A stretch of DNA of 50,548 nt, taken from positions 1 through 50,548 of IMG/VR virus record IMGVR_UViG_3300048672_000029; one strand, written 5' to 3'. The position numbers and the translations under genes were made by a program. Positions 26,229 to 35,391 of the stretch are shown here, piece by piece; the first letter of the stretch is position 1; each line of letters starts with the position of its first letter. The notes beneath the pieces were generated by a model. That model was not told where the DNA came from. It saw only the letters and a program-made list of their open reading frames with translations, and did no database searches. The DNA comes from a virus (Duplodnaviria > Caudoviricetes).

Positions 26229-28108
26229 AAATAGTATTCGGAGATTTAGAAGCTAATGGATTCTTGGATACTGTAACTACAGCTTGGTGTGGCGTCTTCA
26301 AAGACTTAAACACTAAAGAAGTAGTTAAGTTTAGACCACATCAAATGAAAGAGATGTTGGATTTTCTAGATACAGTAGATGTGCTTATTATGCACAATGA
26401 GCTTGGCTACGATCTCCCTTTACTAAAGAAATTATTCAACTACGAATATAAGGGGAAGAAAGTAGACACGTTAGTGATGTCTAGACTTCTTAATCCTAAG
26501 CGTATTGTTCCATTCAATTGCCCTAATAAGAAATGTGGACCTCACAGTATAGAGGCATGGGGTTACAGAGTGGGACGTGGTAAGCCTGAACATAATGATT
26601 GGATGCAATTCTCTGAGGATATGCTACATCGTTGTTCAGAGGATGTAGAGATTCTAGAGCTTGTCTATTATGAATTACTAAAAGAAGCTAAAGGAGACAA
26701 CTGGAAGAATGCTTTCCTATTGTCTTTCAAACTATTTGAGAATCTACATAAGCAAGAAGCTTATGGTTGGCTTGTAGATAAAGAGAGAATAGCATTCTGT
26801 ATCCGTCAGCTTACTAAGTGGATGGACAGGATAGATCGAGTGATTGTTCCTAAACTCCCAATGATATTGGAGGTAGATGAAACTAAAAAAGGTGAAGAGT
26901 TCTATGTCAAGAAACCATTCCTCAAAAGTGGGGCTTACTCAGAGAGTAGTTTACGGTGGTGTGCTAGTGGTGGTCTTAATCCTGACGATAGGCCCATCGT
27001 TGGCTGTTTTAGCCGTATCCATTTTAGGGTTACTGACTTAAATAGTAATGAAGAAACTAAAGATTTTCTATTAGCATCTGGATGGGAACCATTAGAATGG
27101 AATACAAATGATGACGGACAACGAACAAGCCCTAAGCTCTCGAAAGACGATCCTTTCGAAGGCATTGAGGGTAAAATTGGAAAACTTGTTGCTAAGCGAG
27201 TGCAATGCAGACACAGAAGAAGCTCAGTTGAAGGTCTTGAGAAACTTATTAGACCGGATGGACGAATCGCATCTGTCGTTAATACTCTTGCGGTTACAGG
27301 AAGAGCCACGCACAGAAACATCGTTAATATCCCTAGAGCGGGGAGCTTCTATGGTAAACAGATTAGGGCAATATTTACTTCCGCTAAAGGCAAGGTCTTA
27401 GTAGGAACAGATAGTGATGGTTGTCAGCTTCGTATGCTTGCTGCCCGAATGGGAGGAAAAGCTTACATAGATGCTATGGTGTCTGGAGATAAGAAGAAGG
27501 GCACTGACAATCACTCAATGACAATGAAGATTGGTGAGCTTGACAGTAGAGATACAGCTAAGAGCGTAATGTATTGTCTACTATTCGGAGGTGGCGATCC
27601 TAAACTGGCTAAGACAGCAAAGAAGCCAGCAGGTAGTGGTGCCGAATTAAGAAGCAAGCTTTACAAGGGTCTTGATGGTTTAGAAGAGCTTATGGAAAGG
27701 CTCACTAAAGAATGGAAGGAAACAGCTAAGAAGCGATTTAACAAGCAATACAATCGTATGGAATATTACGATGGAAAGATAACAGGATTGGATGGAAGAC
27801 CTATTGTAGTGCCTTCTGAACATATGCTGTTAGTATATTTATTGCAATCGGATGAGGCCATAATGATGGCAGCAGCCTATAACAGATTTCACAAGCGTAT
27901 GGAAGTCTTAGGATATACATACGGAAAAGAGTATGGAACTGTTTGTTGGTATCACGACGAATTCACTGTAGAGTGTGACGAAGATATTGCACATATTGTG
28001 AAGAAGGAGAGTGAAGATTCGATTGCCTGGGCTGGAAAATTCTATAACATCTTATGTCCACATTTAGGACAAGGTGCTATAGGCAAAAATTGGTATGAAA
28101 TTCATTAA
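26225..28108 (+). CDS. Family A DNA polymerase with 3'-5' exonuclease
   Basis: ExoI DLE, ExoII HNELGYD, TGR, motif A DSDGCQLR, motif B RDTAKSVMYCLLFG, LLQS, motif C HDE. Confidence 0.95.
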   Translation: MKIVFGDLEANGFLDTVTTAWCGVFKDLNTKEVVKFRPHQMKEMLDFLDTVDVLIMHNELGYDLPLLKKLFNYEYKGKKVDTLVMSRLLNPKRIVPFNCPNKKCGPHSIEAWGYRVGRGKPEHNDWMQFSEDMLHRCSEDVEILELVYYELLKEAKGDNWKNAFLLSFKLFENLHKQEAYGWLVDKERIAFCIRQLTKWMDRIDRVIVPKLPMILEVDETKKGEEFYVKKPFLKSGAYSESSLRWCASGGLNPDDRPIVGCFSRIHFRVTDLNSNEETKDFLLASGWEPLEWNTNDDGQRTSPKLSKDDPFEGIEGKIGKLVAKRVQCRHRRSSVEGLEKLIRPDGRIASVVNTLAVTGRATHRNIVNIPRAGSFYGKQIRAIFTSAKGKVLVGTDSDGCQLRMLAARMGGKAYIDAMVSGDKKKGTDNHSMTMKIGELDSRDTAKSVMYCLLFGGGDPKLAKTAKKPAGSGAELRSKLYKGLDGLEELMERLTKEWKETAKKRFNKQYNRMEYYDGKITGLDGRPIVVPSEHMLLVYLLQSDEAIMMAAAYNRFHKRMEVLGYTYGKEYGTVCWYHDEFTVECDEDIAHIVKKESEDSIAWAGKFYNILCPHLGQGAIGKNWYEIH

Positions 28109-28114
28109 GGAAAT

Positions 28115-28351
28115 ATGAAGAAAACTTTGAGCGTAGTAAGTAACGATGCAGCAACCCCTGTCATCACTAAAGAGCAATTTATCATCGTTGAGTTTCAAGA
28201 TGGTAAAGTAAAAGGCCATGCAGATATTAAAGGCTATTCGATTAATGGCCCCTACTTCGTAGTTCAGCAAACTGACGATACACAATACATCTACCCTATG
28301 GCTAATGTACAATTTATTAAGATTTCTGTTAACACTATTGCAGAGGAATAA
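28115..28351 (+). CDS. Hypothetical protein, 78 aa
   Basis: TAAGGA SD. Confidence 0.75.
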   Translation: MKKTLSVVSNDAATPVITKEQFIIVEFQDGKVKGHADIKGYSINGPYFVVQQTDDTQYIYPMANVQFIKISVNTIAEE

Positions 28352-28353
28352 TC

Positions 28354-29034
28354 ATGGGACTAAATGCTAATAAAGCTGGTGGTGAGAAGCAATTTACTAA
28401 ACAAGATAATTTAGAGCCAGCAACATATCCTGCACGTCTTGTACAGCTTATTGATCTAGGCTTGCAGGCTCAACGAGAATTCAAGGGACAAGCTAAGGCT
28501 CCTGTTCAGGAGATTATGCTCACCTATGAACTCGTAGACACCTTTATGAAGGATGAGAAAGGGAACGATATTGAAGACAAGCCTCGCTGGATTAATGAGA
28601 TTCTTCCGTTCTATGGCCTATTCGCTGACAAAGCCAAAAGCACTCAGCGTTATAATGCTTTTGACCCTAATGGTGTGTATGATGGAGATTTCGCTAGAGC
28701 TGTCGGGAATCCTGTTAACGTCACTATTGTTAATAACAAAGTAGGTGATAAGGTTTACGATAATGTTGGTGCTGTAAATCCAATGCGAGCTAAGGAAGCT
28801 GAGAAGTGCCCTCCTCTCATTAATCCAGCAGTGACATTCGATCTGGATGCTCCTAACTTGGAAGTGTTCAATAAGCTTCCTAAGTTTGTCAAAGATAAGA
28901 TTATTGCTAATCTGAATTACAATGGCAGTGCTCTTAGCAAGTTGTTAGGAGATAAACCAGCTCCTAAGGCTGAAGAGAAGCCAGCCCCTGCTCCTGCTGC
29001 TGAAGCAGATGCAGCAGACGACAATCCATATTAA
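28354..29034 (+). CDS. Single-stranded DNA-binding protein (putative)
   Basis: Beta-rich core, Pro/Ala linker, acidic tail ending DAADDNPY; in the replication module. Confidence 0.75.
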   Translation: MGLNANKAGGEKQFTKQDNLEPATYPARLVQLIDLGLQAQREFKGQAKAPVQEIMLTYELVDTFMKDEKGNDIEDKPRWINEILPFYGLFADKAKSTQRYNAFDPNGVYDGDFARAVGNPVNVTIVNNKVGDKVYDNVGAVNPMRAKEAEKCPPLINPAVTFDLDAPNLEVFNKLPKFVKDKIIANLNYNGSALSKLLGDKPAPKAEEKPAPAPAAEADAADDNPY

Positions 29035-29831
29035 TGAAACCTCTGGTCGATAGCGATGTTTTGTTCTATGAAGCAGGTTTTGCTGCTGAAGCAGGCTGGC
29101 AATCAGAAGGAACTCCTCCCTTTGATTATGCTAGAGAACTAATTGATGAGCGTATAGCTAATATCTGTGCAATGGTGGAGGCATCCCAGCCTCCTACATT
29201 GTATATCTCTGGAAAGGAAAACTTCAGATATAAAATAGCTAAACGTACACCATACAAAGAACGTCCTAGCAATAAACCTTGGCATTATTACAATCTCAAG
29301 GCATATGTTAAAGCTCAATATGACACAAGAATATCAGAAGGAATGGAAGCAGATGACCTTATGGCCATTGAACAAACCCGGATGGGTGGAACAGCTATCA
29401 TCTGCACAAGAGACAAAGACCTTAGACAAGTCCCCGGATGGATTTACTCGTGGGAACTCGGCAATCAGCCTTCCTTCGGACCAGTGCTGGTTGACCCCTT
29501 GGGAAGCTTGCGCTTGTCAGAGGATGGGAAAAAGCTGTCAGGCACCGGGAGTTTATTCTTCTATGCACAATGCATCACCGGTGATCCAGTAGATACTGTC
29601 CCTGGCCTTCCTAAATTTGGGGCTGTTAAAGCCTTTAATATATTAGAAGGCTCCGATAGTATTGAGGAAGCTTTTAAACGTGTCCTAGAGGCTTATAGAG
29701 GGGTGTATGGGCCTAATGCAGAAGAGGAGCTTCTTGAGCAAGGAAGACTGTTGTGGATGACAAGAGAGCTTAACGAGGACGGCTCTCCTAAGCTATGGGA
29801 ATTTCCAATTGACAATAAAAACAAGGAATAA
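29034..29831 (+). CDS. 5'-3' exonuclease (T7 gp6-like)
   Basis: LVDSD, NFR...YK, MEADD, DKDLRQVPG, GDPVDTVPGLPKFG. Confidence 0.92.
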   Translation: MKPLVDSDVLFYEAGFAAEAGWQSEGTPPFDYARELIDERIANICAMVEASQPPTLYISGKENFRYKIAKRTPYKERPSNKPWHYYNLKAYVKAQYDTRISEGMEADDLMAIEQTRMGGTAIICTRDKDLRQVPGWIYSWELGNQPSFGPVLVDPLGSLRLSEDGKKLSGTGSLFFYAQCITGDPVDTVPGLPKFGAVKAFNILEGSDSIEEAFKRVLEAYRGVYGPNAEEELLEQGRLLWMTRELNEDGSPKLWEFPIDNKNKE

Positions 29832-30186
29832 CGGTGAATGGTCAGAATCGAGATATTTCTCTTTCGTCAAAGGCGGCCTCAGAAGCGCTAGTCAGAGATG
29901 GCCTCCTAAATATCGTGTTCTTAACGAAGCTTGCGTTGGACAGAGAGTTAACCCCGCGTCTGGAAGACTTGCTAAGTTCTATAGATGCGCAGCTTGTCTT
30001 GATACGTTCCCAGCTAAGCTCGTTGAAGTAAATCATATCAAACCAGTGATTCCTGTTACTGGATTTGATAGTTGGGATGGTGTAGTGGATAGATTGTTCT
30101 GTGAAAAGGAGGGCTTAGAGGTATTATGTAAGCCGTGTCACCGAGTAGTTAGTAAGCAAGAAAATATACAAAGAAAGAATAAATGA
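29809..30186 (+). CDS. HNH-type endonuclease
   Basis: CAAC...EVNHIKPV...LEVLCKPCH. Confidence 0.8.
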   Translation: MTIKTRNNGEWSESRYFSFVKGGLRSASQRWPPKYRVLNEACVGQRVNPASGRLAKFYRCAACLDTFPAKLVEVNHIKPVIPVTGFDSWDGVVDRLFCEKEGLEVLCKPCHRVVSKQENIQRKNK

Positions 30187-30440
30187 ACGAAATTAAGAAG
30201 ACATTTAAAGGTTTTGAATTGTTTAACGATATTACAGACCGTATCCTACGTAATCGTAATAGGGCTGTGGTGTTGGCTAATATTGCCGAAGACCATTCCA
30301 AAAATAAGCTTATCACTCCTAAAGCTGCTGGCCTTATTCTAGGATATTTCAAAGAAGTGCCTAACGATGAGAAAGCAGAAGTACAGGAAGAGTTTAAAAA
30401 GAATATGAATCTACGAGGATTTAAACTTGCTACTCAGTGA
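30183..30440 (+). CDS. Hypothetical protein, 85 aa
   Basis: ATGA coupling in the replication operon. Confidence 0.75.
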   Translation: MNEIKKTFKGFELFNDITDRILRNRNRAVVLANIAEDHSKNKLITPKAAGLILGYFKEVPNDEKAEVQEEFKKNMNLRGFKLATQ

Positions 30441-30735
30441 TAATTCAGCAGAGCGTAAAGCTATTCCTATTGCTACAGGTGTTATGGATTATTTCCCATT
30501 AGCCTTGATAGAAGTAGCTAAAACCTCTAAAGCAGGGAATGACCAGCACAACCCTGGTCAGCCCTTACATTGGGATAAAACTAAGAGCATGGATCATGCT
30601 GATTGTATTGCTAGGCATCTAATTGATAGAGGAACAGTAGACTCAGACGGTATTAGACACTCAGCTAAAGTTGCTTGGCGTAGCTTGGCGATGCTACAAG
30701 TTGAGTTAGAAAATATTCAGAATGCCAAGTTGTAA
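30427..30735 (+). CDS. dATP/dGTP diphosphohydrolase-like (DUF5664-like) protein
   Basis: FPLALIEVAK...G...W...RHL...DSDGIRHSAKVAWR pattern. Confidence 0.7.
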   Translation: MLLSDNSAERKAIPIATGVMDYFPLALIEVAKTSKAGNDQHNPGQPLHWDKTKSMDHADCIARHLIDRGTVDSDGIRHSAKVAWRSLAMLQVELENIQNAKL

Positions 30736-31168
30736 AATTTGTTCTAGAGCTTTACCACAAGAGAGTTTCTACAAAACACGAACAAAGCACAGAAATAGTG
30801 GAGGTTACTACGAAGGTTTTCGTAAGGAATGTAAAGAGTGTACTTTAAATAGGAACCAATCTGAACGCGATCTGTGGAAAGATAATCTATTCTACGTTTA
30901 TACCCTACCTGCTGAACATTACTGTGGTTACACAAACAATGTACGTCATAGAATAAATCAACATAAAAGATCAGGTAAAGATACTTCTAACTTTCAAGTT
31001 GTGTTCAGTTCATCTAATCAAATAGAAGCACATTTGATTGAAACACAGTACCACTTAAACGGTTGGAACGGATTTAATTCTAATATCGGTTATTATAAAC
31101 GAAGAGTTCATACTAATCGGCATAAACTATTACAAATTGAAATGGAGCAAGAAAATGCATCTACATGA
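30722..31168 (+). CDS. Zn-finger plus GIY-YIG-like endonuclease
   Basis: CKIC...CKEC, then YVY-x7-YCGYT...R...H...E. Confidence 0.75.
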   Translation: MPSCKICSRALPQESFYKTRTKHRNSGGYYEGFRKECKECTLNRNQSERDLWKDNLFYVYTLPAEHYCGYTNNVRHRINQHKRSGKDTSNFQVVFSSSNQIEAHLIETQYHLNGWNGFNSNIGYYKRRVHTNRHKLLQIEMEQENAST

Positions 31169-31565
31169 AGGTCATCTAGACCCTCAATCTCTAAGTGCTA
31201 AAATTAGAGAATGTAAGGATGGTGTTGTAAAGAATCCGTATCAAGGAAAGGATAAGAAAGTAGTGTTTGTTTGTAGCATGGGAATCTTACGTAGTGCTAC
31301 AGGAGCTAGACTATATGCTCATAAACATAACACTAGAACTGCCGGGAGTTATCCAGATGCTTTAGTGCCTCTAACTCCAATGCTAATTGCTTGGGCTGAT
31401 GAATTAGTGTTTGTCAATAACGATAACTACAAATACATCGTAAACAAATACGATAACGATGTAGAAATCATTAATAAATCCACAGTGCTTAATATTCCAG
31501 ATTGCTACGAACATATGCATCAGGAGTTGATTAAAGCCTTCAAAGAGCAATATGAAGATTTCTGA
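31155..31565 (+). CDS. Low-molecular-weight protein tyrosine phosphatase-like protein
   Basis: VFVCSMGILRS (CX5R), WAD, IPD; GGAG SD before ATG 31155. Confidence 0.85.
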   Translation: MHLHEGHLDPQSLSAKIRECKDGVVKNPYQGKDKKVVFVCSMGILRSATGARLYAHKHNTRTAGSYPDALVPLTPMLIAWADELVFVNNDNYKYIVNKYDNDVEIINKSTVLNIPDCYEHMHQELIKAFKEQYEDF

Positions 31566-32187
31566 AATCACAGTTGATTACGTAAACCATATGGGAAATG
31601 ATCTTAGCGTAGTTAATGCTGCTAGGGTTAGCTTCCATAAAGAAAGCAAGGAGATGTCTCTAGGAGACGAGAAGCTTATCAATTATCTTGCTAAGCACAA
31701 ACATTTCTCTCCTTTCAACCATACGTTCTTAACCTTCAAAATAAAAGCTCCAATCTTCGTTTCAAGGCAACTTGTAAAACATAAGTTCATGCCTTGGAAT
31801 GAAGTGAGTAGGAGATATGTGGATGAAGAGCCTGAGTTTTATATCCCACAACTACGTAAACGTGCTGAGAATGTAAAGCAAGGCAGCAGTGATGAGTTGA
31901 TGAACAATAACTGGAGAATCTCTGGAGAAGTTCATACAGAGAATATGTTAAGCTATTATACTGCTGCTATTAAAGCAGGTATGGCTCCTGAAGTGGCTAG
32001 AGCATTTCTTCCACAGAGCATGATGACCGAATGGTATTGGAGTGGGACATTGGGAGCGTATGCAGATATGCTGCGATTACGGCTTGATCCCCATACACAA
32101 GCTGAATCTCGTGTTGTAGCAAATTTAATTCATGAGGAAATTAAGAAATTATTTCCTATTTCAATAAAGGCATTATTAAATGATTGA
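31552..32187 (+). CDS. thyX: FAD-dependent thymidylate synthase
   Basis: VNAARVS, HFSPF, RQLVKHK...NEVSRRY, EVARAFLP, HTQAE. Confidence 0.93.
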   Translation: MKISEITVDYVNHMGNDLSVVNAARVSFHKESKEMSLGDEKLINYLAKHKHFSPFNHTFLTFKIKAPIFVSRQLVKHKFMPWNEVSRRYVDEEPEFYIPQLRKRAENVKQGSSDELMNNNWRISGEVHTENMLSYYTAAIKAGMAPEVARAFLPQSMMTEWYWSGTLGAYADMLRLRLDPHTQAESRVVANLIHEEIKKLFPISIKALLND

Positions 32188-32470
32188 AGATATGAAAGAA
32201 ATTTCTTTATCTAGTGAAGAAGTTGAAGATTTGTATATGAATGATGGGAACGAATATTTGATATTAGAAGACTCAGGAGATTGGGTTTCTGAAGGTAAAT
32301 ATGAATACTGTTGGTTCGTATATAAACATATAAAGACTGGTCGTTTTTATGAATTACATCTTAATAGAACAGGTTCTTATTATTCTGACTATTATATAAA
32401 TTATTCTGAACAAGTTCTGTGCGAAGTAGAAAAGATAGAAATTACTAAATGTGAATGGAGAACTAAATAA
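32180..32470 (+). CDS. Acidic hypothetical protein, 96 aa
   Basis: Coupled to both neighbours; RTGSYYSDY segment. Confidence 0.75.
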   Translation: MIEDMKEISLSSEEVEDLYMNDGNEYLILEDSGDWVSEGKYEYCWFVYKHIKTGRFYELHLNRTGSYYSDYYINYSEQVLCEVEKIEITKCEWRTK

Positions 32471-33234
32471 TGACTAAAATTCTCGTTATCCCTGATGTTC
32501 AGGCAAAATCTGGAAATGATTTCACTTTCCTTACAAATATAGGAAAATACATTGTAGACAAAAAGCCAGATATGGTTGTATGTCTTGGTGATTTTACTGA
32601 TATGGAAAGTCTCAGTTCTTACGACGTAGGTAAGAAGTCTTTTGAAGGACGTAGATATACTAAGGATATTGATGCAGCAATTGATGCGCAAGTAGCCTTG
32701 TTTACTCCTCTCTATGAGTATGCTGCTCAACAGATTCGTAATAAGAAGAAGACATATCAACCTTATTGTACCATGCTGCTCGGGAACCACGAGAATCGAA
32801 TTAATAAAGCGATTAACAATGATCCTAAGCTTGAAGGGCTTATTTCTGTAGATGATCTGAAGTATAACGATTTCTGGGACGAAGTAGTTCCTTTCCTAGA
32901 AACTGTCACTATTGACGGTATTGCTTTCTGTCACTATTTCGTAACAGGTTTAGCAGGGCGTCCTAGCACTACAGCTAACGCTCAGATGAATAAGCAACAT
33001 ATGAGCTGTATTGCTGGTCATCAGCAAGGGTTACAGATTGCTACAGCTAATCGAGCTGATGGCACTCGTCTCACTTCTATTATTGCTGGTAGTTGCTATG
33101 AGCATAACGAAGACTATCTCGGTCCTCAAGGAAATAACCATTGGAGAGGAATTCTAATGCTACATGAAGTAGATAATGGAAGCTTTGATCTGATGCCTGT
33201 CTCTCTTAAATATCTGAATAAGAAATATAGCTAA
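32470..33234 (+). CDS. Calcineurin-like metallophosphoesterase
   Basis: IPDVQ, LGDFTD, LGNHE, CHY, AGHQQ. Confidence 0.88.
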   Translation: MTKILVIPDVQAKSGNDFTFLTNIGKYIVDKKPDMVVCLGDFTDMESLSSYDVGKKSFEGRRYTKDIDAAIDAQVALFTPLYEYAAQQIRNKKKTYQPYCTMLLGNHENRINKAINNDPKLEGLISVDDLKYNDFWDEVVPFLETVTIDGIAFCHYFVTGLAGRPSTTANAQMNKQHMSCIAGHQQGLQIATANRADGTRLTSIIAGSCYEHNEDYLGPQGNNHWRGILMLHEVDNGSFDLMPVSLKYLNKKYS

Positions 33235-33545
33235 TGAACGCTAACGAATATCAATCATTCTGCCTCTCTATCCGTATGGAGAGTGCAGATGAGCAATATG
33301 CTAAAGAGAATCTAGTAGGAGAAGTGGGAGAGCTTTTCTCCCTCATGGCTAAAGCTAGACGAGATGGTAGAAAGCCTGATTTTGATATGAATGTCAAGAA
33401 AGAGCTTGGAGATATTATGTGGAGTGTAGCAGTTATTGCTTTTGATAATGGCTGGACTCTACAAGATATTATTGACGGCAACTATAACAAGTTGTCTAGC
33501 AGAGTAGCTAAAGGAACGCTACAAGGTAGCGGAGATGATCGTTGA
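33234..33545 (+). CDS. MazG-like NTP pyrophosphohydrolase
   Basis: LVGEVGE...KELGD...NYNKL...GSGDDR. Confidence 0.9.
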   Translation: MNANEYQSFCLSIRMESADEQYAKENLVGEVGELFSLMAKARRDGRKPDFDMNVKKELGDIMWSVAVIAFDNGWTLQDIIDGNYNKLSSRVAKGTLQGSGDDR

Positions 33546-34099
33546 GAGTATTAGTAGCTTGTGAGTACAGCGGAGTAGTAAGTCAAGCTTTTAGACTTAA
33601 AGGCCATATGGCTATTTCTTGTGATTTTCTAGAAAGTGAAATCACAGGGAATCAGTTTCATTATCAAGGAGATGTACGAAACATCTTAGATAAGAAGTGG
33701 GACTTGCTAATAGCTCACCCTCCCTGTACTCATCTAGCTGTAAGTGGGGCTAGGTGGTTTAAAGAAAAGAAAGAAGAACAAGTAGAAGCTCTAGACTTTG
33801 TACGTATGTTACTTGCTGCTCCTATTGATAAAATAGCTTTGGAAAATCCAATATCAATAATTAGCAGCAGGATACGTAAACCAGACCAGATTATCCAGCC
33901 TTGGATGTTTGGACATGGAGAGACCAAAGCAACATGCTTGTGGCTTAAGAACCTTCCTAAGCTTGTTCCTACGAACGTAGTAGAAGGAAGAGAAGCTAAA
34001 GTGCATAAGATGGGTCCTAGCCCAGATCGTTGGAAGAATCGTAGTAGAACATATCAAGGCATAGCAAACGCTATGGCAGAACAATGGGGGAATATTTGA
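33542..34099 (+). CDS. Short C5-cytosine methyltransferase-like protein
   Basis: VLVACEYSG (motif I-like), GDV, HPPCT (motif IV), LENP (motif VI). Confidence 0.75.
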   Translation: MRVLVACEYSGVVSQAFRLKGHMAISCDFLESEITGNQFHYQGDVRNILDKKWDLLIAHPPCTHLAVSGARWFKEKKEEQVEALDFVRMLLAAPIDKIALENPISIISSRIRKPDQIIQPWMFGHGETKATCLWLKNLPKLVPTNVVEGREAKVHKMGPSPDRWKNRSRTYQGIANAMAEQWGNI

Positions 34100-35262
34100 A
34101 TAAATCAGAATTTAAGACATCTTTTGGTGAAGACATCTTTAGATATAAATATGCTCAAGGTCCTGGAGACACCTGGGCTAAACTAGCAGAACGTATCGTA
34201 GAAGATGTATGTGGAAGTCGCTGGGGAACACTTCCTGTTTTAATGTCTACAGAAGATCGTAAGCAGCTAGTACAATACATTAAGGAATTTAAATTTATTC
34301 CTGGTGGACGATATTTGTATTACGCTGGTCGGCCTAATAAAGCATATAATAATTGCTATTTGTTACGAGCTGAAGAAGACACTAGAGAAGAATGGAGCGC
34401 TGTTACATGGAGAGCAATGTCTTGCTTGATGACTGGTGGAGGGATTGGAATTGATTATTCACGATTACGACCAGCAGGAAAAGCTCTTAGCAGAACTGGA
34501 GGAACTTCCTCGGGGCCACTCCCACTTATGTACGCTATTAATGAAATTGGGCGTAATGTTATGCAAGGAGGAAGCAGACGATCTGCTATATACGCATCTC
34601 TTAATTGGCAACACGAAGATATTATTAGTTTTCTTAAGAGCAAAAACTGGAGTGATTTAATCAAGGAGCAGAAGCTTCTAGATTTCAACTTCCCTGCTCC
34701 ATTGGATATGACTAATATCAGCGTCAATTACGATGATGCTTCTTTAATTAATGGATTAGAAAACAATGACATATTTAAGAGAAATGTTAGACAAGCAATG
34801 GAAACGGGCGAACCCGGCTTCTCCTTTAATTTTGGAGCAAAGCAGAATGAAACGTTACGGAATGCTTGTACTGAAGTTACCTCTGAGGATGATTCAGATG
34901 TTTGTAATCTTGGCTCTGCTAATCTCGGTAATATTCGAAGTATTGATGAGTTTCGTTCAGTGGTGCAACTTGGCAGTAAGTTCCTTGTTTGTGGCACTCT
35001 TCGGGCTGATCTCCCCTACGAGAAAGTTTACAAGGTTCGAGAAAAGAATCGACGCTTGGGTCTCGGACTTATGGGTATACATGAATGGCTATTACAGAGA
35101 CAGCTCCCTTACGAAGTTAATCCGGAACTTATTGAATGGTTAAAGGTATACAAGAATGACTCAGAAAAAGCTGCAAATGAGCACTGTGATCGGTTCTATA
35201 TTAGTCGCCCGGTTGCATATAGAGCAATAGCTCCAACTGGTAGTATTGGTATTCTTGCAGGT
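34084..35262 (+). CDS. nrdJ: Class II ribonucleotide reductase, exon 1
   Basis: PGGR, NNC, GGGIG, RRSA, GEPG, RNACTE, VCNLG, RRLGLG, IAPTGSIGILAG; no beta-subunit gene in the genome. Confidence 0.9.
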
Positions 35263-35336
35263 TATGTAGTAGCCTGCTCTGCAGAGTAATCTGCTTAAAA
35301 TAAATTGGGTGAATTCAGGGAAAACCTAAAGATATT

Positions 35337-35362
35337 GTCGAATTCGATTAGTAATCCAGATA
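35337..35362 (+). promoter_or_regulatory. Putative phage-sigma promoter GTCGA-N15-CAGATA inside the intron
   Basis: Same spacing; 29 nt upstream of the intron ORF, which has a TAAGGA SD. Confidence 0.55.
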
Positions 35363-35391
35363 GATAGGAATACAACCTAACTAAGGATATT

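Noticed and set aside
30688-30713. GGCGA-N15-TAGAAA upstream of the GIY-YIG gene as another promoter copy
   Set aside because: Mismatches in both boxes and located in coding sequence; too weak without a PWM.
31765-31820. ThyX motif reading KHK instead of RHR as a sign of inactivation
   Set aside because: The other catalytic motifs are intact, and I recall this variant being common in phage ThyX.
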